A model generated the notes under the pieces. The model worked only from the letters and a program-made list of their open reading frames with translations. It was not told where the DNA came from and did no database searches. Made by a program: the position numbers and the translations under genes. Below, in pieces: positions 1 through 12,348 of a stretch of DNA of 64,000 nt. The DNA comes from Eledone cirrhosa (Eukaryota). Position 1 is the stretch's first letter. The number at the start of each line of letters is the position of its first letter. The stretch is from NCBI GenBank assembly GCA_964016885.1, contig OZ024741.1, positions 90,024,001-90,088,000 on the forward strand. The letters are read 5' to 3'.

Positions 1-358
1 CTGTCAACTGCATTTTTAATGTCATAACAACTGGTTATTTATTTTAATCACATTAAACAAAAGCTACCAGTTGTGGGTTGTCTTGTCTATAGGTTTGTAT
101 AAAACTGAGCTCAATACAATAGAATTCTTTAAATCCTTTTGCATTTAGCCTACATCAACACTGATTTGGTAGATACGCCTTTCTGTACTGCATCTCGCTC
201 AAGGAGGGAACACTGTAAAGTGGACTTATGCAGCAGGTGTCAATGGTTATTTTCCGCAACAATACCTTCGTTTTTCACCTAATGCGGGCCCTAGGAGATC
301 AAGAAGTTGAGATCACAAGTTGAGATCAAAAGTTGAGATCAAAAAGTGTTATGTGCAT

Positions 359-421
359 AACACTCCCTGAAACATAAGTACACACACGGACATCCTCAAC
401 AGACACACACGGACATCCTCA
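359..421. mobile_element. Fragment of a dispersed repeat (Helitron/DINE-like), related to 25270-25400
   Basis: Shares CACTCCCTGAAACATAAGTA and CACAC..GACATCCTCA with 25272-25381. Confidence 0.35.
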
Positions 422-549
422 GGGAAGTGACGTAATGCAGACATACAGACAGATATTATAAGGGCGCGACGTTATATGTATGTATCTATCTAAAAAGAGA
501 AAGACTAAGAATTATAGAGAGAGATCGCTAAATCGCATAATGCGATTAT

Positions 550-1210
550 TGGTGCTTTACTTTATCGACCTCGTAAGGATGAAAGACAAAGCTGTCCTCG
601 GCGGGATTTGAACTCACAACGTAAAGGCCCATAACTCTATGCTGCAAAGCATGGTGTCCGACGCTCTACGGATATGCCAATTCTCCACCCTAATGATAAT
701 AATTGTTTCTACTTTTGGCACAAGGCCAGAAATTATCCCAGTACGTTACTGGTACTTTATTTTAATAATAATTTCTTATATAGGCACAAGGCCAGCAATT
801 TTGGGTGAGGGGAAGCCGATTACATCGACCCCAGTGCGAGATTGGTACTTTATTTTATCGACCCCATAAGGATGAAAGGCAAAGTTAACCTCGGCGGGAT
901 TTGAACTCAGACCGTAAAGGGCCATAACTCTATGCTGCAAAGCGTGGCGTCCGACCCTCTACCGAAACTGCCAATCCACCGCCCTTAATAATTGTTTCTT
1001 ATATAGGCACAAGGCCAGCAATTTTGGGGGAGGGGAAAGTCGATTAAATCGACTCCAGTGCGTGACTGGTACTTTATTTTATCGACCCCGTAAGGATGAA
1101 AGGCAAAGTTAACTTCGGCGGGATTTGAACTCAGATCATAGAGGACCGTAACTCTATGCGTCAAAGCATGGTGTCCGGCCCTCTACCGATACTGCCAATC
1201 CACCGCCCTT
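550..1210 (-). mobile_element. Head-to-tail array of 3-4 tRNA-derived SINE copies
   Basis: Reverse complements of the SINE at 17351-17550 (B box GAGTTCAAATCCC, central GCCTTTCATCCTTACGGGGTCGATAAAATAAAGTACCAG, 3' CCTTGTGCC...GAAACAATTATT). Confidence 0.85.
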
Positions 1211-1279
1211 AATAATAATAGTAATAATAATAATAACAACAAAACAACAACGACAACAAAAATCCTTTCTACTTTGTGA

Positions 1280-1512
1280 TAGAGCCAGCAGTTAGAAGAG
1301 GAGGAAGAAAGTCTATTAAATTGACCCCAGTGGGTTGACCTCGGCAGGATTTAAACTCACAACATAAAGCACGAGTACAAACACCGCAAATCATTTTGTC
1401 CGACGTTCTAAAAATTCTGCCAATCCAATTTAAGCACAAGGTCAGCAGTTTTGGGGGAGGGTAAAGTCGATTAAAGTAACGCTCTACTGATACTGCCAAT
1501 CCACCCGCCCTT
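1280..1512 (-). mobile_element. Degenerate SINE copies of the same family
   Basis: TTGACCTCGGCAGGATTTAAACTCA and ATACTGCCAATCCACCCGCCCT motifs. Confidence 0.55.
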
Positions 1513-1602
1513 AAATAATAATGATAACAACAAATAACAACAGTAACAACACCCCCACCACCAACAATAATAATAATAATGTTTTCAATAATGATGATAA
1601 TA

Positions 1603-2125
1603 ATTTCTTTATTGGCCACAAGAGCTTACATATAGGGGACAATACAAAGACAGGGACAATGGTTTTCTTTTACATATAACAACGTGTAAACAATAAATAA
1701 CAATAACAAAATAACAATAAAATTAAAACAAATTATATTCCTCAATAGGGCAGTATAACCAACTAGGGTTGACTCAGGAACCCAACCAATCCTGTATTAC
1801 CTGATGCTCCGAGTGCATCTTCCGTATGGATTCGGTTGATAGCCTGATTCATTCCACACGTGATAGCGGAAGACTGCCCCCCCCCCCCCCCGACGACAAG
1901 CGACAACCTCTTAGCTAACACCTTGATCAAAATCTTAAACTCTGTGTTTAACAGTGTTATGCGCCTGAAATTATCTAAAGTATCCCTCTTGCTCTCGTCT
2001 TTCCTCGTCAGTGTTACTACATCCCGGCTCACAGAACTGGGAATACTCCCGTTCTGCTGTCAGTTGCAGTAGACCGCTTCGAGGAGATCAGAGAAAAAGT
2101 CTGGCATTTCTACGTAAAACTCGTG
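1603..2125 (-). mobile_element. Internally deleted Tx1-like LINE remnant (RT piece joined to 3' UTR)
   Basis: Translation ..DNFRRITLLNTEFKILIKVLAKRL matches ORF2 at ~21650-21725; 3' end TTGTGGCCAATAAAGAAA plus (TTA)n matches the other Tx1 copies. Confidence 0.8.
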
Positions 2126-2129
2126 TTAA

Positions 2130-3130
2130 AATGACAATAACAATCACGAAAATGGAATTACAAAACATGGAGAATAAAATCACTCCACGACCAATAAGCT
2201 GCAAGGCTCCACAGAGAAGTAAGCCAAAATGGAAATCAACAGGACTAAAGCTTAAACGTAAGAACTGATTCTCGCAGCACAAGACCAACATCTATCCATA
2301 ATCAATTATAAAGATAAGATAATCAAATCGAACCCGAAGACCAAATGCAGACTGCAACCAACAGAATGAGACTGCAGGCTACACCATTTCCAGCTGTCCA
2401 ATCATTTCCAAGTCTGAATATACACAGAGGCGAACGAATTGGCAACTTTATCTACTGGGCAATATGCCAACATTTCGACATGAAAATGGACAAAAATTGG
2501 TATAAACCTGTACCAAACACGGTGCATGACAGCAATCTGGTTACAATTATTTAGGATATGCCCGTCCAGACTGACAAAGAGATCAAGGAAAACTGTCCAG
2601 ATATAATAATCAGGGATTGGAAAAAATGACAACAAAAAACACATGCACATTGATCAGAATCGCAATCCCTTCTGACCAAAATGTTGCCCGTAAAGAAATG
2701 GAAACACTGCCAAAATACAAAATCTTAAAATTGAAATACCCAAGATGTGAGTCATGAAGGTGAAAACAGCGCCAATAATTATCGGAGCCCTGGGTGTGAT
2801 AAAAAGAAATGAATAAAATCATATCATCTATACTAGGGTTCAACTCTGCTAGGCGTAGCTCTCATTTTGCATAAGAAATCGATTCAACTTTTCACACATA
2901 TAATAATTACCTAATAAAACAACACAACTTGTATTATAACCAACATACACAACGCAATAATCACTAAAATAACACAAAAACAAGCTAAACTACACAACAA
3001 AACAAAACAGGGGGAGTCAAATTTACAAGAACCCCCAGAAAAAATAAGAGCACAATACTGCACCCACCCCAATAACACGGACGTGTACCAGATGATGCTG
3101 TAGAAACATGCACGAATCTATTAAATAAAT
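2130..3130 (+). mobile_element. Decayed 3' part of an RLE-type non-LTR retrotransposon (R4/Dong-like)
   Basis: Broken peptide IGNFIYWAICQHFDMKMDKNWYKPVPNTV..DMPVQTDKEIKENCPDIIIRD..IAIPSDQNV..KE...KY resembles the Zn-knuckle/PD-(D/E)xK endonuclease region. Confidence 0.65.
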
Positions 3131-3310
3131 AATTGTTTCTACTTTTGGCACAATTTTAAGGAGAGGGGGAAAGTCGATTAAATCGACCCCAGTCCGTTAC
3201 TAGAACTTTATTTTAGCGACCCCGTAAGCATGAGAGGCAAATTTGACTTCGGCGGGATTTGAACCCAGAATGTAAAGAGCTGAAACGCATTAACGATTCT
3301 GCTAATCTAT
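3128..3310 (-). mobile_element. tRNA-derived SINE copy
   Basis: Same central and 3' motifs as 17351-17550. Confidence 0.7.
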
Positions 3311-4087
3311 TGAGAATGATAGTTCTTTGTTCGTATATAACCGTTATAAGCTGGTTTAGTCGTGAGAACGTTGGAGTCCCTCTCTGTTCAAATCTTGCCG
3401 CGGTCCACTTTGCCTTTTATCATTTCGGAGGTTGATAAAGAAAGAAAGAAAAAACCCCAGATCAGTGCTGTGCAGCCTTTTCTCCTTCCTGCTGTCATGC
3501 CATGGATGTTTCGCTGGGTCAAGGGAGGAACAGTTGAGAGAGTGTCTGTGTCTGCTCGTCACTGTATGGACACTTAAAACCCTTAATACATACTACCAAT
3601 TCATATTCAGTCGCAAGTGACAGCTGTAGTTTTTGAAGGTGAGGGAGTTGTTGTTATTGTTGTTTACTGTTTCCGTGTCATTCATGTTGAACATCAATTA
3701 GTATTAAAATCTGTCCAAAGAAAATTATGATAATGTGACATTTTTAACTCCCCATCCACCAAATCATATTTATTCACTCATATCCATCAAAATGTCACGG
3801 CAATCCTATTTTATGGCATTCTCTGATGTCGCTACGATATCAGTATACTGACAAAAAATGCTTCATAGTTCAAATCAGTTAATGATTGCATAGAAACACT
3901 TAGTGGGTGAATTGGTTGAAATTGTATAGTGCCAAACTAAATGTTTAGCATGATTCTGCACGTTCTATGTTCAAATGAAGCCAAGTTAAATTTATATAAA
4001 GATATCTCAGAGACACCATCAGTACAGGAAACAATAGCTAAGTTAATCTTGAGATATTTATTTCATAGATATTTGAGATATTTATTT

Positions 4088-4394
4088 CACAAAATCAGAA
4101 AACAGCACAGCTCCCATGACTTTCGTAGACATTTTTTCACGCTCAGAGTTGCTGAAGCATGGAACAAACTGCCTGCGTCAGTTGTTAGCTGCCGAGACAC
4201 TGCATCCTATAAGACACTCATGCTTCCCGAAATACGCCCAAACTACACCTGATGTACCCCTTCCATACACATGCACACATGTGTGTATCATGACTCGTGC
4301 ACTGTTCATTTTCCTGACGTTTGTGCATTGCCCTATGTACTGTACATGCACTTTTTGATGAGTTGTGGTGCACCTGGGCACTGTACACAATATT

Positions 4395-4439
<45 letters not shown>

Positions 4440-4537
4440 CATGACTCATACACTGTTCATTTTCCTGACATTTGTACATTATTCTATGGATGAGTTGTAG
4501 TGCACCTGAGCACTGTACACAATAATTTCATTATTAT
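4088..4537 (+). mobile_element. CR1-type LINE 3' end with (ATT)n tail, followed by a second 3' UTR fragment
   Basis: RRHFFTLRVAEAWNKLP is a typical CR1 ORF2 C-terminal motif; the 3' UTR 4287-4400 is repeated at 4437-4537. Confidence 0.75.
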
Positions 4538-4644
4538 AGAATATTTAAACAAAATTAAAATGACTAGAAATACGGGAGACAACTCCGGATATGTTTTGAT
4601 ATGTTTCTTTGTTTTAATCAGCCATTTAATTTAGTCTATTAGAG

Positions 4645-5224
4645 CAGCGGTCCCCAACCACTGGGCCAAGGACCATTTGTTACCGGGCCGCACAGAAAGA
4701 ATAGAAACCTTTTCTTTTTTTTCTCATTTTATTTACTATCGTGGTCTCCCTGATGCTTTTTTTTTTTTTTTGAAAAATGGCCACTTCCGTTTGTGCCTCT
4801 TTTCCACGCTTGTCCATGTCGCAGTTTTTTCCATGAGCACAAGCCAACCCTAGGGAAAATAAGTAAAATAACAAACTTCCAGGAGAACTTTGAAAAGGGG
4901 AAAGAGACCCAATGATGAGATGGCAGAAAACTCCACGACAGCTAAAAAAAAAAAAAAGAAAGCTGCATTTAAAAGGTATCACTGTCCCCTATCAGTTGCA
5001 GGAAAACAAGCTCAGGGTTCCCACTGATTCTGCATTATGTTGAGTTGAGTCATATTTACAGTATAAATGTAATAATTAAATTGGTAATAAAATTATATAA
5101 TATGCATTTTATTGTTTATTGTATTTTGTTATGCGCGTGAACGACACCGACCTAATTCCTCGGCCCGTAGAGAAATTGTCTTGCATGACACCGATCCGTG
5201 GCGCAAAAAGGTTGGGGACCACTG
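4645..5224. mobile_element. Non-autonomous hAT (Charlie-like) DNA transposon
   Basis: TIRs CAGCGGTCCCCAACC / GGTTGGGGACCACTG; imperfect 8-bp TSD TATTAGAG / TGTTAAAG. Confidence 0.8.
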
Positions 5225-6439
5225 TGTTAAAGAACCTACGCAGAGACTCTATCACTGTCAGAATTACATATATCTTCTTTCGTTAAGCATTAGTTTAGTC
5301 TGGCAGCCTCACACTTGAGATTTTTGATAACATCTTCATCCTATTTTTTTTCTTGATCCCAATTCTAATTTTCCTAGGTCAATTATTTCACATTCTTCTA
5401 AATCTATCTCTCACAACAATATTAGTAACACACTCTCTATTCTTGGGTGAGTATTGAACGGTGAAATCTCAAAGGATGTTGAAGTTTTTAGACTCAATTA
5501 TTCAAGATAAATTTGTTGTTCACACACGTTTTTGTTCTCCTTATTTTAGTCTGTACCCATAATTTCCAGTGGAAAATAAGTAAGGAATTATCATGATTTC
5601 TCTAATATTTTTCCTGAATTAGTTTACTTCATTCACTTTTCAAAACTACTATACTTATACCATTTGTCGTATATTTTACATAGTGAAAACTCACCGGTTT
5701 TGGACAGGTGTAGTTGGTTATAGATTGTTCACATTGAATGGATCGTCGTTTAAATATTATGTTTTAGATTAGATTAATTATTATTGATCGTAATTTACCC
5801 ATTCATCGACATCAATATAGCCATTAATAGAAAAAGAAATGAACGAAATAAACCCCCCCCCCCCCCCAGTCAATTAGCTTCTTCTGTAATCCTCCAGCTG
5901 ATACTGTATTCCACGGAATCCTTTATCAGTTTCTAAATGTTATTATTGTGTTCTTTTTCCCAACAATGGAACGATGCTGTGTGGTTATTACTGCGAACCC
6001 GACACACCACTTGAGGTTAATGGTACCGTCTGGGTTTTGTTGATTTGACTGTTGCTTCATAGATTATAGCCTCTGTTTTACAAACTCCACTGCTGGCACT
6101 CATTTTTAGCTGAGTGGAATGGAACAACGCAGAAGGAAGTGTTTTTGCCTAGATCAATACATGCCACCAAGTTCAAGAACCGAACACATTACAATCATAC
6201 GCCTAACACTCTAGCCACTAGACCACGCACCTATTTGATTGACCGCCAAGAAATAGTAGTACAATGAAGGTGAGCAAGTTTTAAACCTAGAACCAGGATT
6301 AACGAATTCTTTCCAGCTATTTTCTATTTCAAATATACCCACGCATCTGTGGTCGTTTGAGGATTTAAACTCTAGCGTTAGTAAACGATCAAAGAAGGCA
6401 ACATTCTCAATTGTGGACATAACATGTCCAAATTGTAAA

Positions 6440-6720
6440 AAAGTTCGCTTCCCAACCATTAGTTTCCAAGTTCGATCCTACTGCATGACGTCTAGGGCAA
6501 GTGTCATTTACCATAATCCCGGGTCGACCAATGCCATGTGACTGAATTCGGGTAGACAAAACTATTTGGAAGCTCGTCAGATGGACGGTACCTGTAATTC
6601 AACGGGTCAGCATAGTCAAACATCAAGGGTACACGTGTCTGTTGAATGCTCAGTTATACGTTAATTTCATGCGCAAGCATGTTCTGTTGATCTAACATCT
6701 GGAACGTTGAAATTGACGGA
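6440..6720 (+). mobile_element. Old tRNA-related SINE (second family, similar to 42855-43195)
   Basis: B-box-like AGTTCGATCC; body motifs shared with 43000-43190 (GTAATTCAA.GGG.CAGC, ACGTGTCT..GAAT.CTCAGT). Confidence 0.5.
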
Positions 6721-8304
6721 GCTCTATGCCAGATTCTGAACTGGTTGAACTCGAAAATGTGCTTAATTATTAACCGTTATTTATGTTACGCAAAACGCCC
6801 TGCTTCTAACATTACTAAGGTTTACATACATCAATGTAGACTGAGCTAACATGAGTTAAGTGACTGGATTATAGCTTAGTAATCCGGCTCCCTAATTACG
6901 AATCTACTCACTTTTGGCTAATATACTCAGTTAGAGTTTTGTTCAGTGACAGAATACCTGGTTTAACTGATCAGATAAGATGGTTCTATGAAAGTGCTAC
7001 TAGCTAACACTAAACTTGCACTAATGTTTTCGTTCAAACCACGCAATTAAAAACCTTACTCTACCCTCATTCTTTAAATAGGATTCATTGCAAAAAGTAA
7101 GCTATCTCTATTTAAGGAATCTTCATTCACAAATAGTTGTTAGGATATTAAAATTTTATCTTCTATCATTTTATTGGGTGGGGCAGTTCTGCGGTAGACA
7201 ATAACACATAAAAAGTTTTAGCCCCTAGAATATCACATGGTTACTGTCGGAGGTAACGAACACATAACCTGTCAGTCGGGTTCATTGATTGATTACTTAG
7301 TTGGTATTTACAACTTCTGTTTTTTGTGGGCTGTTGGTTGAATATGGTTTAGAAGCCACACCTACAGGTTCTATGAAAGCCGCTTGGGAGCCGGAAAGAT
7401 TAGTAAACTGGGAGGGGTGATGGGCCGTAAATAGATCTTTTGAAGTATTGAATTTTAGGAGTGCAAAAGCAAGAACAGTGTTCCTGTGGGGGAAACAGTT
7501 TCATTGGAGGAAGGAAATACTGATATGCTTCGTTACTTACGTGACTTGCCCTATCTTTATTCCATTTAAAGATGTCCTGACGATTTAAAAAACCTGAAAG
7601 TACTGTTGCGAGGCGAGGATGTTTGCCCAGTCCTTACTGCTGTGTTTATTTATATAATTTGTATACATGCTCCTTCAGTCGATATAATTGACCTTACTTG
7701 TGAATGTTTGTATTAAAGCAAATATATTCCTGCCTTTGTTTAATTTTTATTTTTTCAACACCCACTGATAAACCTTTTATGCCACCTTTCGTTTAGTCAA
7801 TGTTTCTCTTTGTATACACAAGCACACCCACAATAACATACACGCACCCCCGCCCACACACACACATACACAAACGCACGCACAAACACACACACACATA
7901 TATATAACACACGCACATATATGCCTGCATGCATACATACATGCATGTATGTATATATACATATAGAAAAAAAATATATATAGAATGTATCTATATATAT
8001 ATATATATTTTTTTTTTCTATATTTATATATACATTCTATATGTATATATAAATATAGAAAAAAAAAATATATATAGAAAAACCCGCAAAGTACTAGCTT
8101 CCCGCGAGACAATATGCTACAATTATTTACAATGCTATCCACAGGAAAGATTGCCCTGACGGTCATAACAAACACAAACCAAGACTAGAACCTGAATATG
8201 TCTTCATCTTAAATAATAAAGAAAACTGCTGGAACATTTCAATAAAAACAGAAATCCAGTACAAACATAACAGAGTTGATACTGTTCTATGGCAATGGTC
8301 TAAC

Positions 8305-8685
8305 ACAGGACAAAGGCAATGGAAAAAACAACGGAAAGACGGACAGTCCCATCTCCCCAGTCAACCTCTAGAAATTACTACGGTTTCGGTATTTTATGTT
8401 GATATACTCATTCCAGTGCACATTAGGACATAAGAAAACAGGTAGAGACAAGTTAAAAGTTTAGGCAAATTAGCCAAAGGAGAAAAATATATAGAAAGGG
8501 GGGAAATAGTAAAGCAAGAGAATATAAAGGACTGTAATGCAACGTGCAGACAACGAAATACACTGAGGCATTGAAAAAGTAAGGGAGAATAGGTGAAAAC
8601 AAGCCGGGCGGTGTGATATCTATCATATGATAGTTTCAAAATAGGAGGTACTCAGGACAAAGACAATGGAAAAAAACAACTGAAA

Positions 8686-8688
<3 letters not shown>
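8305..8688. repeat. ~348-bp unit bounded by 35-bp direct repeats (pLTR/retrozyme-like remnant)
   Basis: CAGGACAAAG(G/A)CAATGGAAAAAA.CAAC.GAAAGAC at ~8306 and ~8653. Confidence 0.5.
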
Positions 8689-8745
<57 letters not shown>

Positions 8746-8879
8746 CTTACGGTAAGCATGTTTGCTAATCAGCGTTGCGTGTCAACGCACCAATCAGTGA
8801 ATAATGATGCAATTCGATTTAAGCACTCATCGTCATGTATTCCGAATATGATTTGTCAGTCAGTGATGGAGTATATGTA

Positions 8880-9240
8880 GAATGAGGAATATGCGAAGTT
8901 CGGTGTAGATGTTAAAAAGCTGTGATACATATTTTAATGACGATCGTGGCTACGTGATAGTTCCACCATGCAACCACTCACACGATATCATCAGGCTGTA
9001 TCTTATGTAATAAGGTTACGTTTACGAAGCAATCTAATCTAAAGACGAGAATGGACAGAAATAGTGTTTTCATAGCTGACGTCCGTAATTTTATTACACA
9101 AGATACTCTCTGATGACATCACATGACTGTTTATATGATTGAACCCTCACGTAGCCACGATAGCCATTCAAATATGTATCACAGCTTTGTTAATAAAGGA
9201 CTTTTTAACATCTACATCGAACTTCACATTTCCCTTATTC
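8880..9240. repeat. Diverged inverted repeat (~125-bp arms) carrying decayed hammerhead-like motifs
   Basis: 8880-9006 is the reverse complement of ~9098-9240; both arms read CTGATGA-stem-GAAC. Confidence 0.6.
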
Positions 9241-9407
9241 TCTCAGTCTCTCTCTGTATATATATATATATATGTGGGAGTTTTATTTAATTTGTTGGAA
9301 TTCCGACAAACATAAATGTTTATAACTGATATAAAGCACTCAACAAGTTACTGGAGTAAATATTCCAAGATAATAATAAATGGAAACTATATTTATAAAA
9401 CCATATA

Positions 9408-9472
9408 TATTTTATTATATATATTTCAAGGGCGACCAAGCCCATCTTGGTGCACTTTCATCAGATAAAATA
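9408..9472 (-). ncRNA. Minimal type I hammerhead ribozyme (left palindrome arm)
   Basis: Reverse-complement copy of 9617-9681. Confidence 0.7.
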
Positions 9473-9616
9473 CAAAATTTGTTTTATAAATAATGACATA
9501 CCCATGGAAATCACACCTTAACGGTCCGAAAATTCGCTGGATTTACTATCCAGCGAATTTCGGACCGTTAAGGTGTGATTTCCATGGGTATGTCATTATT
9601 TATAAAACAAATTTTG

Positions 9617-9681
9617 TATTTTATCTGATGAAAGTGCACCAAGATGGGCTTGGTCGCTCTTGAAATATATATAATAAAATA
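9617..9681 (+). ncRNA. Minimal type I hammerhead ribozyme
   Basis: TATTTTAT-CTGATGA-[AAGTGC-ACCAAG-atggg-CTTGGT-CGCTCTT]-GAAA-TATATA-TA-ATAAAATA: 8-bp stem I, stem II hairpin, palindromic stem III. Confidence 0.75.
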
Positions 9682-9814
9682 TATATGGTTTTATAAATAT
9701 AGTTTCCATCTAATAATATATATGTATGTAAAAGGTAAACAGAAATAACAACACAATCGGTACAGTATATGGAGGGTATATATTAGGTTAACGCTTGATA
9801 TAGCAGGAAGAAGG

Positions 9815-9848
9815 TCTTAACGTTTCACGCGAGTCCTTCATCAGGAGA
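9815..9848 (-). ncRNA. Degenerate minimal hammerhead motif
   Basis: TCTC-CTGATGA-AGGACTCGCGT-GAAA-CGT-TA-AGA; core intact but stems I and II are weak. Confidence 0.35.
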
Positions 9849-9945
9849 AAGAATGAGAAATAAAATAGATTAAGGGAACGGGCGGGATGGAATTGGAAAA
9901 AATGTCTTTAGATAAAAATAATAGGTCCATTCATCTCGACATCTC

Positions 9946-9984
<39 letters not shown>

Positions 9985-10047
9985 CGTGTATACCGTAAAT
10001 AGAACCCACACTGTTTCTAGCACATCACACTCAGCAATTGGAAATAA

Positions 10048-10553
10048 AAATAATTGTTTCTACTTTTGGCACAAGGCCAGTAATTATCCCAGTGTATTAC
10101 TGGTGCTTTATTTTATCCACCCCGTAAGGATGAAAGGCAAAGGTAACCTCGACGGGATTTGAACTCAGACCATACAGGGCCATAACTCTTTGCTGCAAAG
10201 CATGGCGTCTGACTCTCTACCGATACTGCCAATCCACCGCCCTGGAGTTTCTACTTTTGGCACAAAGCCAACGATTACCCCAGTGCATCACTGGTACTTT
10301 ATTTTATCGACCCCGTAAGGATGAAAGGCAAAGTTAACCTCGGCGGATTTGAACTCAGAACACAAAGGGCCATAACTCTATGCTGCAAAGCATGGTGTCT
10401 GACGCTCTACCGATACTGCCAAACCTCCGCCCAAATAATTGTTTCTACTTTAGGCACAAGGCCAGCAATTACCCAGTGCATTACTGGTACTTTATTTTAT
10501 CGACCCCGTAAGGATGAAAGGCAAAGTCAACCTCGGCGGGATTTGAACTCAGA
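10048..10553 (-). mobile_element. Tandem trimer of the tRNA-derived SINE
   Basis: Three consecutive ~190-bp copies (last one 5'-truncated) starting ~10048, ~10247 and ~10434. Confidence 0.9.
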
Positions 10554-11654
10554 GCCCAAATAATGATCGCTAAACAACCACTTCTAAATAAAAAAACTGG
10601 AACTTATAACCACAATTCTATTTTAAATTCTATAAACTAACATAGCCCCTAACTATGAACACCTATAGTCCTTCTTCCATAACCATACAGACCCATATAA
10701 CATTTCCTGAGGTTGAACCACACAAGCGAGCCATCATATGGCACCCATCGCAGAACCTAAACTAGGATTACTGTAAATCAACTATTATTATGGACTTCTC
10801 TTCATACATGTCGTAAAATTTCCTTTTATCCATATTACCAATTACGTTACTTCCTAACTCTCTTGTCTTACATTTGCTCCTCCTACGCCTATATAACAAT
10901 AACACTTTTTCAATTGTGTAACCCTCCAACTCTCATAGATTACACATACCCCCCCCCCCCCCCGGTGTGTACACACAAGCCCGCGGAGTGGCTCGGACAG
11001 ACTGCTTAACAAGTAGCCGATTAACAAAAAAGTTCATAAACATATTAGGGTACGGCAGCCCAAGAACGAACACTGCTTTACTTGGGACACCACACCCTCT
11101 TCCGGCGTGGTTTAATGTGTGTTTAAACACACACGAGCATGTGCGCTGGGACGACATATTTCTCTTAATTTTACCAAAATTTAACCAATACTGAATGTAA
11201 TAAATAAATCAAGACTAGGGATCCTTCAAACATGTCAACTATTGTGTGCGTATGACTATGTATGTTGGAATCCACACTACTGCCGAAGTATCACACAAGA
11301 AACGAACTGTCTGTCCCACTGCCAAAAACAAAGAATTGGCAGTGTTTTCCCCGGCGTTAATTGTTTATCAGTAGGGGGTAGATATAGACGGAAAAATGAA
11401 ACGAAATTTCATTTCCCACTCTTAGTACGGCTGTTACTTAAATATAAGTATGTACACGTACATACATATATGTATACAGACGTACAGTACTATGTATATA
11501 TATATATATACATATATGCACACATATATACATGCACGCATGGATTCACCGAACATTTATTATAATGCTCGGTGTGTTTGTAAACAAACATCCCGTATTA
11601 AGCCGTAGTGTCTAGCAACCATCGTTGTTCCTTTATTCAACACTGACCAAGGAA

Positions 11655-11695
11655 CGCTGTACTAGTTTCAAGCTTATTAGCTATCGTCAGCAACG
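11655..11695 (-). ncRNA. Minimal type I hammerhead ribozyme
   Basis: CGTTG-CTGACGA-T-AGCT-aata-AGCT-T-GAAA-CTAG-TA-CAGCG; stem III is the palindrome ACTAGT. Confidence 0.8.
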
Positions 11696-12083
11696 TATAC
11701 CTTCCTGCCAGATTGTTGAACGTCTGAAAGTATATACTTAACTTAGGCATATTAACGGCTGAGTAGCCCAATTTGCATATCGAGTGGGTTAATCGGCCGG
11801 TGAATCCATACGTACATATATATATGTGTGCATGTATGTATATATATATATACATACTACTGTACGTCTGAATACATATATGTATGTACGTGTACATACT
11901 TATATTTAAGTAACAGCCGTACTAAGAGTGGGAAATGAAATTTCGTTTCATTTTTTCCGTTTATCGTTTTCGGTGCACCCGGCCGATTAACCCACTCGAT
12001 ATGCAAATTGGGTTACTCAGCCGTTAATATGCATAAGTTAAGTATATACTTTCAGACGTTCAACAATCTGGCAGCAAGATATA

Positions 12084-12124
12084 CGTTGCCGACGATAGCT
12101 AATAAGCTTGAAACTAGTACAGCG
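12084..12124 (+). ncRNA. Minimal hammerhead copy with core mutation (CCGACGA)
   Basis: Identical to 11655-11695 except U4>C in the CUGANGA box. Confidence 0.6.
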
Positions 12125-12348
12125 TTCCTTTGTCAGTGTTGAACACACGAGCAACGATGGTTGCTAGACACTACGGTTTAATACGGGATGTTTGTTTACA
12201 AACACACCGAGCATTATAATAAATGTTCGGTGAATCCATGCGTGCATGTATATATGTGTGCATGTATGTATATATATATACATACTACTGTACGTCTGTA
12301 TACATATATGTATGTACGTGTACACACTTATATTTAGGTAGATATAGA

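Larger units (their letters stand above)
9380..9709. repeat. Near-perfect palindrome, ~162-bp arms, 5-nt loop (Penelope-type inverted pLTR)
   Basis: 9380-9542 is the reverse complement of 9548-9709 with only a few differences; loop TTACT. Confidence 0.95.
11389..12336. mobile_element. ORF-less hammerhead-bearing retroelement: inverted copy (11389-11800) plus 1.25-mer partial tandem (11798-12336, 430-bp period)
   Basis: Internal repeats seen directly; 12-bp TSD GGTAGATATAGA at 11377-11388 and 12337-12348; homologous to 33623-34276. Confidence 0.85.

Noticed and set aside
3078-3115. Hammerhead-like CAGATGA-TGCTGTA-GAAA-CATG at the R4/Dong 3' end
   Set aside because: Core mutated and no UH cleavage site
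7575-7612. CTGACGA...GAAA-GTAC motif
   Set aside because: No stem I or stem II pairing
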